Below are positions 16,047-23,602 of a DNA stretch of 24,000 nt, piece by piece. The notes under the pieces were generated by a model. It made no database searches. It was not told the origin of the DNA and saw nothing but the letters and a program-made list of their open reading frames with translations. Made by a program: the position numbers and the translations under genes. Origin of the DNA: Amaricoccus sp. Its GTDB lineage: Bacteria; Pseudomonadota; Alphaproteobacteria; Rhodobacterales; Rhodobacteraceae. Every line of letters starts with the position of its first letter. Positions within the stretch are counted from its first letter, which is position 1. The stretch covers positions 144,468 through 168,467 of the forward strand of contig NZ_JAGOMQ010000003.1 in NCBI RefSeq assembly GCF_017993425.1, in the 5' to 3' direction.

Positions 16047-16898
16047 TCACCACTCGGCGCCGGGATAGGCGCGCTGCAGGAACTGCATGTCGGCGAGGAT
16101 GTAGCCGAGATGCTCGGTATGCACGCCGCGCTTGCCGCCCTTGTGGGCGAAACCGTCCGCGGGGATCGCCAGCGTCGCCTCGGTCAGCACGTCGCGGACG
16201 TTGCCCTCCCAGGCGGCGCGCAGGCTCGCCGGATCGGGGGCGATCCCGGCCTGGGCGACGGCGAGGTCCTTCTCGTCGGCGAGGAACATCTCGCCGGTAT
16301 AGGCCCAGAGCGCGTCGAGCGCGTCCTGCATCCGGCGGCGGCTCTCGTCGCTGCCGTCGCCGAGGCGGATGACGAGGTCCGAGGACCGTTCCAGGTGATA
16401 GGCGACCTCCTTCGCGGCCTTGGCGGCGATCTCGGCGATGCGGGGATCGGACGAGGATTGCAGCGCCTTGAGGAGCTCGAAGTGGTAGGCGTCGAACAGG
16501 AACTGCCGCATCAGCGTATGGCCGAAATCGCCGTTGGGGCGCTCGACGAGCAGCAGGTTGCGGAAGTCCCAGGCATCGCGGAGATAGGCGAGATCGTCCG
16601 CCGAGCGGCCCTTGCCCTCCACCTCGCCGGCGAGGCCGAGCCACATCTGCGTCTGCCCGATCAGGTCGAGCGCGACGTTGGCGAGCGCGATGTCCTCCTC
16701 GAGCGCCGGCGAGTGGCCGCACCATTCCGAGACGCGATGGCCGAGGATCAGCGTCGAGTCGCCGAGGCGGAGCAGCGTCTCGAAGACGGCCTCCTGGCCG
16801 GCGTCCGGCGTCGGGATCGCGGTCGGGTGGGCGTGGGCCGCCGCGTCGCGCGCCAGCGCGTCGACGTCGGGGTTCATGATGTCCGGGAGCGACGGCAT
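16047..16898 (-). CDS. paaC: Phenylacetyl-CoA epoxidase structural subunit PaaC
   Basis: Track ORF 16047..17120 is trimmed to MPSLPDIMNPDVD (ATG 16898, 1 nt after the paaB stop), giving 283 aa. It is colinear with E. coli PaaC from memory (LRLGDSTLILGHRVSEWCGHSPALEEDIALANVALDLIGQ, LLLVERPNGDF, GGKRGVHTEHLGYILADMQFLQRAYPG). ATG 16877 (MNPDVD) is an alternative start. Confidence 0.9.
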   Translation of the reverse strand: MPSLPDIMNPDVDALARDAAAHAHPTAIPTPDAGQEAVFETLLRLGDSTLILGHRVSEWCGHSPALEEDIALANVALDLIGQTQMWLGLAGEVEGKGRSADDLAYLRDAWDFRNLLLVERPNGDFGHTLMRQFLFDAYHFELLKALQSSSDPRIAEIAAKAAKEVAYHLERSSDLVIRLGDGSDESRRRMQDALDALWAYTGEMFLADEKDLAVAQAGIAPDPASLRAAWEGNVRDVLTEATLAIPADGFAHKGGKRGVHTEHLGYILADMQFLQRAYPGAEW

Positions 16899-16899
16899 C

Positions 16900-17184
16900 T
16901 TACATGTGCCCCACTTCTTCGGGGATGTCGTAGAAGGTCGGGTGGCGGTAGACCTTGGAGTTCGCCGGCTCGAAGAGCGGGCCCTTGTCGGACGGGCTCG
17001 ACGCGGTGATCGCGGCCGAGGGCACCACCCAGATCGAGACGCCCTCGTTGCGGCGGGTGTAGACGTCGCGGGCGTTGTTGATCGCCATCTCGGCGTCCGG
17101 CGCGTGCAGGCTGCCGACATGGCGGTGGTTCAGCCCGTGCTGGCCCCGGATGAAGACTTCCCAGAGCGGCCATTCCTTGGACAT
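16900..17184 (-). CDS. paaB: Phenylacetyl-CoA epoxidase subunit PaaB
   Basis: 94 aa, WPLWEVFIRGQHGLNHRHVGSLHAPDAEMAINNARDVYTRRNEGVSIWVV. GGGAGGAAG RBS is present. Confidence 0.92.
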   Translation of the reverse strand: MSKEWPLWEVFIRGQHGLNHRHVGSLHAPDAEMAINNARDVYTRRNEGVSIWVVPSAAITASSPSDKGPLFEPANSKVYRHPTFYDIPEEVGHM

Positions 17185-17332
17185 TTGCTTCCTCCCTCGG
17201 CCCCCCGGCGCGCAGCCGGGGCTTAACCTTGGTTGACGTTCAGTGAATCGAATCTGGTTTATTGTTGTTTGTCAGATGCTTAACCGGAATAACACGCGTG
17301 TTGGGGCGTGATGCTCCGGCCGGCGCCAGATC
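17185..17332 (-). other. Unusual 148-nt intra-operon spacer between paaA and paaB (AT-rich core, 12-bp palindrome, direct repeats, GC hairpin next to the paaB RBS)
   Basis: The core, about 17225-17295, is visibly AT-rich against GC-rich flanks. It contains the palindrome AACACGCGTGTT (17291-17302), GCTTAACC at 17221-17228 and 17278-17285, and a hairpin CCCCGGC-N5-GCCGGGG (17203-17221) 4 nt upstream (in the direction of transcription) of the paaB RBS. There is no credible ORF. Confidence 0.5.
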
Positions 17333-18325
17333 TCATTCGGCGGCGACGGGGGCCCGGCGGGCGGCGGCCTTCCCGGCGTGGGCGACCAGCCCCTCGCGGA
17401 ACCAGGCGCCGTCGTCCCAGGCCTTCACCCGGGCGCCGAGCCGGTCGCGGTTGCAGGGGCCGTTGCCGGCGATCACGTCGAAGAACTCCGACCAGTCCGG
17501 CTCGGAGAAGTCATGGCCGCCCTTCTCCTCGTTCCACTTGAGCTCGGGGTCCGGGATGGTCAGGCCGAGATACTTCGCCTGCGGCACGGTCTGGTCGACG
17601 AACTTCTGGCGGAGCTCGTCGTTGGTGTTCATCTTGATCTTCCAGGCCATCGACTGGGCCGAATGCACCGAGTCCTTGTCGCTCGGCCCGAACATCATCA
17701 GCGCCGGATACCAGAGCCGGTTCAGCGCATCCTGCGCCATCGCCTTCTGGGCGGGGGTGCCCGCGCACATCTTCATCATCACGGCGTAGCCCTGCCGCTG
17801 ATGGAAGCTTTCCTCCTTGCAGATGCGGATCATCGCCCGCGAATACGGCCCGAAGCTCGTCCGCTGCAGCGGCACCTGGTTCATGATCGCCGCGCCGTCG
17901 ACCAGCCACCCGACCGCGCCCATGTCGGCCCAGGTCAGCGTCGGATAGTTGAAGATCGAGGAATACTTCATCTTCCCCGAATGCAGCCGCTCCATCAGCT
18001 CGTCGCGGCTGACGCCCAGCGTCTCCGCCGCGCAGTAGAGATAGAGCCCGTGCCCCGCCTCGTCCTGCACCTTGGCGAGCAGGATCGCCTTGCGCTCCAG
18101 CGTCGGCGCCCGGGTGATCCAGTTGCCCTCGGGGAGCTGCCCGACGATCTCGGAGTGCGCGTGCTGGCCGATCTGGCGGATCAGCGTCTTGCGGTAGCCC
18201 TCCGGCATCCACTCCTTCGGCTCGATCTTCTCGCCGCGGTCGATGCGCTCCTGGAAGGCGCGCTCCTCGGGCGTCATCTCCTCCGGCTTCTTCAGACCGT
18301 CGGTCGAGACCAGCTGTGCGTACAT
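17333..18325 (-). CDS. paaA: Phenylacetyl-CoA epoxidase catalytic subunit PaaA
   Basis: Track ORF 17333..18385 is trimmed to [28 protein letters not shown] (ATG 18325, GGAGGGAGGAAG upstream), giving 330 aa. Di-iron ExxH motifs are present ([16 protein letters not shown]). Confidence 0.93.
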   Translation of the reverse strand: MYAQLVSTDGLKKPEEMTPEERAFQERIDRGEKIEPKEWMPEGYRKTLIRQIGQHAHSEIVGQLPEGNWITRAPTLERKAILLAKVQDEAGHGLYLYCAAETLGVSRDELMERLHSGKMKYSSIFNYPTLTWADMGAVGWLVDGAAIMNQVPLQRTSFGPYSRAMIRICKEESFHQRQGYAVMMKMCAGTPAQKAMAQDALNRLWYPALMMFGPSDKDSVHSAQSMAWKIKMNTNDELRQKFVDQTVPQAKYLGLTIPDPELKWNEEKGGHDFSEPDWSEFFDVIAGNGPCNRDRLGARVKAWDDGAWFREGLVAHAGKAAARRAPVAAE

Positions 18326-18336
18326 GGCTTCCTCCC

Positions 18337-19542
18337 TCAGACGCGTTCGATGATCGCGGCGATGCCCTGGCCCACGCCGATGCACATCGTGCAGAGCGCG
18401 TAGCGGCCGCCGCGGCGGTGCAGCTCGTACATGGCGGTGGTCACGAGCCGGGCGCCCGACATGCCGAGCGGGTGGCCGAGCGCGATCGCGCCGCCATTGG
18501 GATTAACATGCGCCGCATCGTCCGGCAGGCCAAGCTCCCTCAGCGTCGCGAGCCCCTGCGCCGCGAACGCCTCGTTGAGCTCGATCACGTCCATCTGCCC
18601 GATGTCGAGCCCGGCGCGCGCCAGCACCCGCTTCGCCGCCGGGGCCGGGCCGATGCCCATGATCCGCGGCGCGACGCCCGCCGCCGCCATCGCGACGACG
18701 CGGGCCTTCGGGGTCAGGCCGTGGGCCTTCGCCGCCGCCTCGGAGGCGAGGACCAGCGCCGCCGCCCCGTCGTTGACGCCGGAGGCGTTGCCGGCGGTGA
18801 CGGAGAGGTCCGGGCCGTTGACGCCCTTGAGCTTCGCCAGCGTCTCGACCGTCGTCCCCGGCCGCGGGTGCTCGTCGGTGTCGACGACGATCGGGTCGCC
18901 CTTCCGCTGCGGGATGGTCACCGGCACGATCTCGTCGCGGAACTTGCCGGCCTTCTGCGCGGCCTCCCAGCGAGCCTGCGACCGCGCCGCGAAGGCGTCC
19001 TGGTCCGCCCGGCTGACGCCGTAGTCGGCCGCGACGTTGTCGGCGGTCTGCGGCATCGAGTCGACGCCGAACTCCTTCTTCATCTTCGGGTTGACGAAGC
19101 GCCAGCCGATCGTCGTGTCGTAGACCGCGTTCGACCGCGACCACGCGGCTTCCGCCTTCGGCATCACGAAGGGCGCCCGCGTCATGCTCTCGACGCCGCC
19201 GGCGAGCATCAGGTCGGCGTCTCCGGCCCGGATCGCCCGCGCCGCCTGCCCGACCGCGTCCATGCCGGAGCCGCAGAGCCGGTTGATCGTGGTCCCCGGC
19301 ACCGCGACCGGCAGCCCGGCGAGCAGCACCGCCATCCGCCCGACATTGCGGTTGTCCTCGCCCGCCTGGTTGGCGCAGCCGAAGATCAGGTCGTCGACCT
19401 CCTCCCAGCGCACGCCCGGATTGCGCTCGACCAGCGCCTTGAGCGGGACCGCCGCGAGATCGTCCGCCCGCACGCTGGCGAGCGCCCCGCCATACCGCCC
19501 GATCGGCGTCCGGACCGCGTCGCAGATGAAGGCGTCCGCCAT
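18337..19542 (-). CDS. paaJ: 3-oxoadipyl-CoA / 3-oxo-5,6-dehydrosuberyl-CoA thiolase PaaJ
   Basis: 401 aa with thiolase blocks ([44 protein letters not shown]). It is the first gene of the long minus-strand unit and ends 11 nt before paaA. Confidence 0.92.
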   Translation of the reverse strand: MADAFICDAVRTPIGRYGGALASVRADDLAAVPLKALVERNPGVRWEEVDDLIFGCANQAGEDNRNVGRMAVLLAGLPVAVPGTTINRLCGSGMDAVGQAARAIRAGDADLMLAGGVESMTRAPFVMPKAEAAWSRSNAVYDTTIGWRFVNPKMKKEFGVDSMPQTADNVAADYGVSRADQDAFAARSQARWEAAQKAGKFRDEIVPVTIPQRKGDPIVVDTDEHPRPGTTVETLAKLKGVNGPDLSVTAGNASGVNDGAAALVLASEAAAKAHGLTPKARVVAMAAAGVAPRIMGIGPAPAAKRVLARAGLDIGQMDVIELNEAFAAQGLATLRELGLPDDAAHVNPNGGAIALGHPLGMSGARLVTTAMYELHRRGGRYALCTMCIGVGQGIAAIIERV

Positions 19543-19578
19543 GATCTTCCCCCTGAGTCTGCTTTCCGGAATTATTAG

Positions 19579-19594
19579 CCGACCGGCCGGTCAA
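19579..19594. promoter_or_regulatory. Candidate PaaR operator 2 (reverse complement of TTGACCGGCCGGTCGG) in the paaJ-operon promoter
   Basis: 18-nt identity with 4922-4939. It sits 36 nt upstream of the paaJ ATG. On the minus strand it is flanked by TATACA (19595-19600) and TAATAA (19572-19577), 17 nt apart. Confidence 0.6.
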
Positions 19595-19880
19595 TGTATA
19601 GAGAAAAGTTTGGCCGGCGCAGAAATTCCGGCTTTCGGAGGTAATAGTTTGAAATCATGCAGAAATATGCGTGGACCCCCGGGGCCTGACTACGCACTCG
19701 ACCCTAAGGACCGGGCGCACCCTCGCCCCTATCCCGGCCGATGCTCGCTTGAGATGTCGCTCAGGCTCGTGGCGCAACCAGCCGACGCAGGGACCGGGGG
19801 TGGGACGTCGATTCCGGGCTCCATGCGAGGTTACACTTGCAACCAATATCGCCTTTATCGTTGCATATCAATCATATGGA

Positions 19881-19902
19881 AACCTCGCACGCGTGCGAGG
19901 TT
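19881..19902 (-). terminator. Perfect 22-bp palindrome AACCTCGCACGCGTGCGAGGTT, 8 nt downstream of tRNA-Val(TAC); likely tRNA terminator/processing hairpin
   Basis: The sequence equals its own reverse complement. It is followed on the minus strand only by a weak U-run (TTTCC), so termination efficiency is uncertain. Confidence 0.45.
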
Positions 19903-19910
19903 GCCGGGAA

Positions 19911-19986
19911 TGGTGGGTGATGACGGACTCGAACCGCCGACATCCTCGGTGTAAACGAGGCGCTCTACCGACTGAGCTAATCACCC
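19911..19986 (-). tRNA. tRNA-Val (anticodon TAC), CCA encoded
   Basis: The reverse complement folds as a cloverleaf: GGGTGAT TA GCTC AGTCGGT AGAGC G CCTCG TTTACAC CGAGG ATGTC GGCGG TTCGAGT CCGTC ATCACCC A CCA. Confidence 0.93.
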
Positions 19987-20027
19987 GTCGCCGCCTCCTA
20001 CCCCCGGCCGGGCCCCGCCGGCAAGCC

Positions 20028-20939
20028 TCACGCGCCGTCGACCCAGCTTGCGGCGGCGATCCAGAGCGGCAGGGTGAGGCAGCCGAGGAGCGTCGACTGC
20101 GCGACCGCCAGCGCCGACAGGCGGCGGTCGGCCCCGAAGACCGAGGCGAGGACGTGGCTCCCCGAGGCCGTCGGCAGCGCCGCGAAGACGACGAGCGCCG
20201 CCACCACCTCCGGCGCCGCACCGAGCAGGCGGGTGGCCACGAGGGCGCCGGTCGGCAGCGCCACGAGCTTGATCGCCGAGAGCGCGCCGAGGAACGGATC
20301 GAGCCGCGCCAGCGCCCGCCAGTCCAGCGCCGCCCCGATCGAGAGCAGCGCCAGCGGGATCGCCGCGTCGGCGAGCCGCCTCAGCGCGGCCGCCAGCAGG
20401 TCCGGCAGCACGAGCCCGGCGGCCCCGAAGGCGAGCCCGAGGCTGCTCGCGAGGAAGAACGGGTTCAGCGCCACCATCCGCAGCGTCCCGACCGGCCCCA
20501 GCGCGCTCCCCCGGGACAGCGCCACCACCGCGAGCACGTTGGCGAGCGGCACCGCGAACCCGATCGCGATCGGCATCAGCCCGTGCGACGCGGCCGGCAG
20601 CGCCTGGACCGCGACGAGGCCGAGCGCGGTGTTGAACCGCCAGGCCGTCTGCCAGACCCCGGCGAAGTCGAGAAATCCCCGCGGCCCGAACGGCCGCGCC
20701 AGCCACCCGAGCCCCAGCCCCAGCAGCAGGATCGCCCACACCCCGCCGCCGATCGCCAGCGCCTCTGCCGCGCTCGGCGCCCCCCGCGCCGCCGCCTGGA
20801 AGATCAGCGCCGGAAACAGGAGCTGGAAGTTCAGCCGGTCCACCGCCTCCCACCCCGCCGCCGGCACGAACCGCGCCACCGCTCGACCCAGCGCCATGAC
20901 CAGCGCGTCGGGCAGCAGGGTGGCGAGGATCGGGCTCAT
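20028..20939 (-). CDS. AEC-family (auxin-efflux-carrier-like) membrane transporter
   Basis: Track ORF 20028..21086 would run through the tRNA gene. It is trimmed to MSPILATLLPDALVMALG (ATG 20939), giving 303 aa. The protein is hydrophobic throughout with about 10 predicted TM segments. The family call rests on overall pattern only. Confidence 0.7.
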   Translation of the reverse strand: MSPILATLLPDALVMALGRAVARFVPAAGWEAVDRLNFQLLFPALIFQAAARGAPSAAEALAIGGGVWAILLLGLGLGWLARPFGPRGFLDFAGVWQTAWRFNTALGLVAVQALPAASHGLMPIAIGFAVPLANVLAVVALSRGSALGPVGTLRMVALNPFFLASSLGLAFGAAGLVLPDLLAAALRRLADAAIPLALLSIGAALDWRALARLDPFLGALSAIKLVALPTGALVATRLLGAAPEVVAALVVFAALPTASGSHVLASVFGADRRLSALAVAQSTLLGCLTLPLWIAAASWVDGA

Positions 20940-21053
20940 CGGCAGGGCGAGGTCACCGGGATGGCGGGCGCCCGACCCCTGTCCGCCCGCGCGCGCCGGG
21001 CGCAAGGCAAGGCGGCGACCCGGGCCGGGAGAAGGCGCGTCGGAAAGGGAAGG

Positions 21054-21128
21054 TGGTGGGCGATGAGGGATTCGAACCCCCGGCATCTTCGATGTGAACG
21101 AAGCGCTCTACCGCTGAGCTAATCGCCC
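21054..21128 (-). tRNA. tRNA-Val (anticodon CAC), CCA encoded
   Basis: Reverse complement: GGGCGAT TA GCTC AGCGGT AGAGC G CTTCG TTCACAT CGAAG ATGCC GGGGG TTCGAAT CCCTC ATCGCCC A CCA. There is one G-U pair in the T stem. Confidence 0.92.
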
Positions 21129-21217
21129 CACTGGGCGGGTCTCCTAGACCCGATCCCGCCGGCCCGCAAGGGGCCGGAGGAGCGGCGGACCGGGGCGGCC
21201 CGCCGGGCGCCAAGGCC

Positions 21218-21580
21218 TCAGGCGAGCGCCGCCTTGGCCTGGTCGACGATCGCCGCGAAGGCGGCCGGCTCGCGCACGGCGAGGTCGGCCAGCACCTTGC
21301 GGTCGACCTCGATCCCGGCCTTGTCGAGGCCGTTCACGAAGCGCGAATAGGTCAGGCCGGAGTCGTGCTCGCGCACGGCGGCGTTGATGCGCTGGATCCA
21401 GAGCGCGCGGAACTGCCGCTTGCGGACCTTGCGGTCGCGGGTCGCGTACTGCAGCGCCTTGTCGACCGCCTGCTTGGCGGTGCGATAGTTCGTGGAGCGG
21501 GCGCCGTAGTAGCCCTTGGCCTGCTTGATGACCTTGCGGTGGCGGGCATGGCTCGCCGGGCCGGCGGTGACGCGGGACAT
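21218..21580 (-). CDS. rplT: 50S ribosomal protein L20
   Basis: 120 aa, [68 protein letters not shown]. Confidence 0.96.
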   Translation of the reverse strand: MSRVTAGPASHARHRKVIKQAKGYYGARSTNYRTAKQAVDKALQYATRDRKVRKRQFRALWIQRINAAVREHDSGLTYSRFVNGLDKAGIEVDRKVLADLAVREPAAFAAIVDQAKAALA

Positions 21581-21593
21581 CTATCCGTCCTCC

Positions 21594-21794
21594 TCAGCGA
21601 TCGTAGGGCATGTAGGTCTTCACGATCTTCTCGTCCGGAGCCGAGAGGACCGTGGTTCCCCGCGCGTTGCGGATGAACTTGTTCGACCGCTTGATCATGC
21701 CGTGCCGCTTGCCGGCCTGCATGGCGAGGACCCGGCCGGTGGCCGTGACCTTGAAGCGCTTCTTGGCGCTCGCCTTGGTCTTCATCTTGGGCAT
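21594..21794 (-). CDS. rpmI: 50S ribosomal protein L35
   Basis: The last 66 aa of track ORF 21594..22082 read [61 protein letters not shown] is present. Confidence 0.95.
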   Translation of the reverse strand: MPKMKTKASAKKRFKVTATGRVLAMQAGKRHGMIKRSNKFIRNARGTTVLSAPDEKIVKTYMPYDR

Positions 21795-21872
21795 TTCGGG
21801 TCTCCTTTGGAGAACGTTCGGGACGCGCCGCGGCAGCCCGTTCAGAGCCGGGCGCGTCGAAGTGGAGCGGGG

Positions 21873-21901
21873 CCTATACAGCGGGCCCGGGCGGCGCGCA
21901 A
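21873..21901 (-). promoter_or_regulatory. Possible sigma70-type promoter for rpmI-rplT (TTGCGC-N17-TATAGG)
   Basis: Hexamers on the minus strand at 21901-21896 and 21878-21873, 17 nt apart and about 80 nt upstream of the rpmI ATG. This is based on pattern only. Confidence 0.3.
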
Positions 21902-22080
21902 GGCGCCTTGCGGGGACGTCGGGAGGCCGCCTTGCGGCCGCGAGGAGCGCGCGGGTGCGCGCGCCTTCTTTGTGCTTTCGCGCGAAACCGACTGCTCTCC
22001 GGTCAGCGAGCCTGAATGAAATCCTTCGGGAAGGGACGGCGGCGCAGGCGCGGCTTGACCGGGCGGCGGGGCTGGCGAAC

Positions 22081-23223
22081 ATGGGCCGTTGCAGGCGGGA
22101 GGGGGATTTGGATCAACCCGTTTCGGCGGCCGCGTTCTCGGATCTCGTCGGCTCGATCTACGATTGCGCCCTCGACCCCTCGCTCTGGCCCGACGTTCTG
22201 GGGACCCTGGGCAGCGAGATGCGGTTCCGCAACGCGGTCCTGTCGCTGCAGGAGATGCCGAGCGGCCGCGCCCTGGTCGACGTCACCGTCGGGATGTCGG
22301 AGAACGATCGGGCGGAGATGATCGGCTACGGCCCGCATGTGGCCGAGGCCTGGGGCGGCGTTCGGAACGTGATGACGTTCCCGCTGGACGAGCCGACGGT
22401 GATGACCTGGGTCAACCCGCGGGCCCATGACAGCCACTTCATCCGCAGCTGGGCCTTGCCGCGCGGGTTCGTCGATCAGATGGCCGTCGGCTTCGCGCGC
22501 GATCCCGCGTCGCTTTCGGCCCTCGCGCTGGGCCGTCACGCGGACGACGGGCCGGTCGGTCAGGTCGAGGTCGAGGCGATGCGTCTGTTCGCGCCGCACC
22601 TGAAGCGGGCGCTGGCGATCAGCCGGCTGCTGGAGGCGCGGGCGGTCGAGCGGGCGACCTACCAGGAGACGCTGGACGGGCTGGCCGTGGCGGTGCTGCT
22701 GGTCGGGCCGGACCTGAGGCTGCTGCACGCCAATCGCGCCGGCGAGGCGATGCTGCGCAGCGCCGATCCGCTGGCGCTGCGGCGCGGCCGGGTGAGCGCG
22801 CCGCGCGGGCTCGCGGAGGCGCTGGCCGTCGCGGCCGGCGCGGCCCCCGCGGGCATCGGACGGCGTGGGCTGGGCGTGCCGGCGCGGCGCGCCGACGGGG
22901 AGGCGCTGGTGCTGCACGTCCTGCCGCTCGGCGAGGCGAGCCGGCTCGCCGGGGCGGCGGCGGCGATCTTCGTCGCGCCCGCCGCCACGCCGCCGCCCCC
23001 GCCGCTCGCCGCGGTGGCGGCGCTCTTCGACCTGACCCCCGCCGAGGCGCGGGTGCTGGAGGCGGTCGGCGCCGGACGCACGCCGGAGGAGGCGGCCGCC
23101 GCCTTCGGCATCGCGGCCTCGACGGTGCGCACCCATCTGTTGCGCCTGTTCGACAAGACGGGCACGCGCCGGCAGGCCGACCTCGCGTCGCTGCTCGCCT
23201 CGTTCTCGCTGCCGCTCGGCTGA
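22081..23223 (+). CDS. LuxR/GerE-family transcriptional regulator (C-terminal HTH; N-terminal sensor-like domain of unknown ligand)
   Basis: Track ORF 21652..23223 is trimmed to [40 protein letters not shown] (ATG 22081), giving 380 aa. The C-terminus reads [51 protein letters not shown]. The exact start is uncertain. Confidence 0.75.
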   Translation: MGRCRREGDLDQPVSAAAFSDLVGSIYDCALDPSLWPDVLGTLGSEMRFRNAVLSLQEMPSGRALVDVTVGMSENDRAEMIGYGPHVAEAWGGVRNVMTFPLDEPTVMTWVNPRAHDSHFIRSWALPRGFVDQMAVGFARDPASLSALALGRHADDGPVGQVEVEAMRLFAPHLKRALAISRLLEARAVERATYQETLDGLAVAVLLVGPDLRLLHANRAGEAMLRSADPLALRRGRVSAPRGLAEALAVAAGAAPAGIGRRGLGVPARRADGEALVLHVLPLGEASRLAGAAAAIFVAPAATPPPPPLAAVAALFDLTPAEARVLEAVGAGRTPEEAAAAFGIAASTVRTHLLRLFDKTGTRRQADLASLLASFSLPLG

Positions 23224-23304
23224 AGGCCTCCACCAAACGGTGGACGCGCGCCGCGGCGATCCGGGGCGTCCTAGCCGGCATCACGCCGCCGAGGAGGTCC
23301 GGCG

Positions 23305-23530
23305 ATGCGCCTGCCGAACGCACTCACGCTCATCGCCGCCGTCGCTGCCGCCGGCTGCGCCGCCGACCGCCCGCCGGCGAGCCGCCTCGACAGCCCCGGC
23401 GCCGGCCGAGGCGCCGCCGGGCGGCTTCAACCCGGCGCCGGTCCTGATCGGAGTCGCCGTAGGCGCGGCGCTGACCATCCTGCTGATCGCCAACTCGGGG
23501 CTGAGCCCGAGCCCCGACCCGCCGGGGTGA
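23305..23530 (+). pseudogene. Small lipoprotein-like gene whose signal peptide and hydrophobic tail lie in different frames (frameshift, sequencing error, or two mis-called ORFs)
   Basis: The frame starting at 23305 gives MRLPNALTLIAAVAAAGC (lipobox), then becomes Arg-rich and loses third-position GC bias after about 23400. The frame of track ORF 23240..23530 is junk-like at first. From about 23400 it reads APAPAEAPPGGFNPAPVLIGVAVGAALTILLIANSGLSPSPDPPG with strong GC3 bias. Confidence 0.3.
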
Positions 23531-23602
23531 GCCCGGACGGGTCGGGGCGACACCGGCCACCTGTCCCGCGCTTCGCGGGCATCGCAAAGAAGGAGAAAGC
23601 CC

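Noticed and set aside
19575-19658. 27-codon minus-strand mini-ORF ([27 protein letters not shown]) spanning operator 2, a possible leader peptide
   Set aside because: It has no Shine-Dalgarno sequence, its composition simply mirrors the AT-rich promoter DNA, and it would start upstream of the likely -35. Most probably it is not translated.
19911-21128. Genomic island integrated at tRNA-Val
   Set aside because: No integrase, no direct repeat of the tRNA 3' end and no compositional break were found. There is only one ordinary-looking transporter gene between the two tRNAs.
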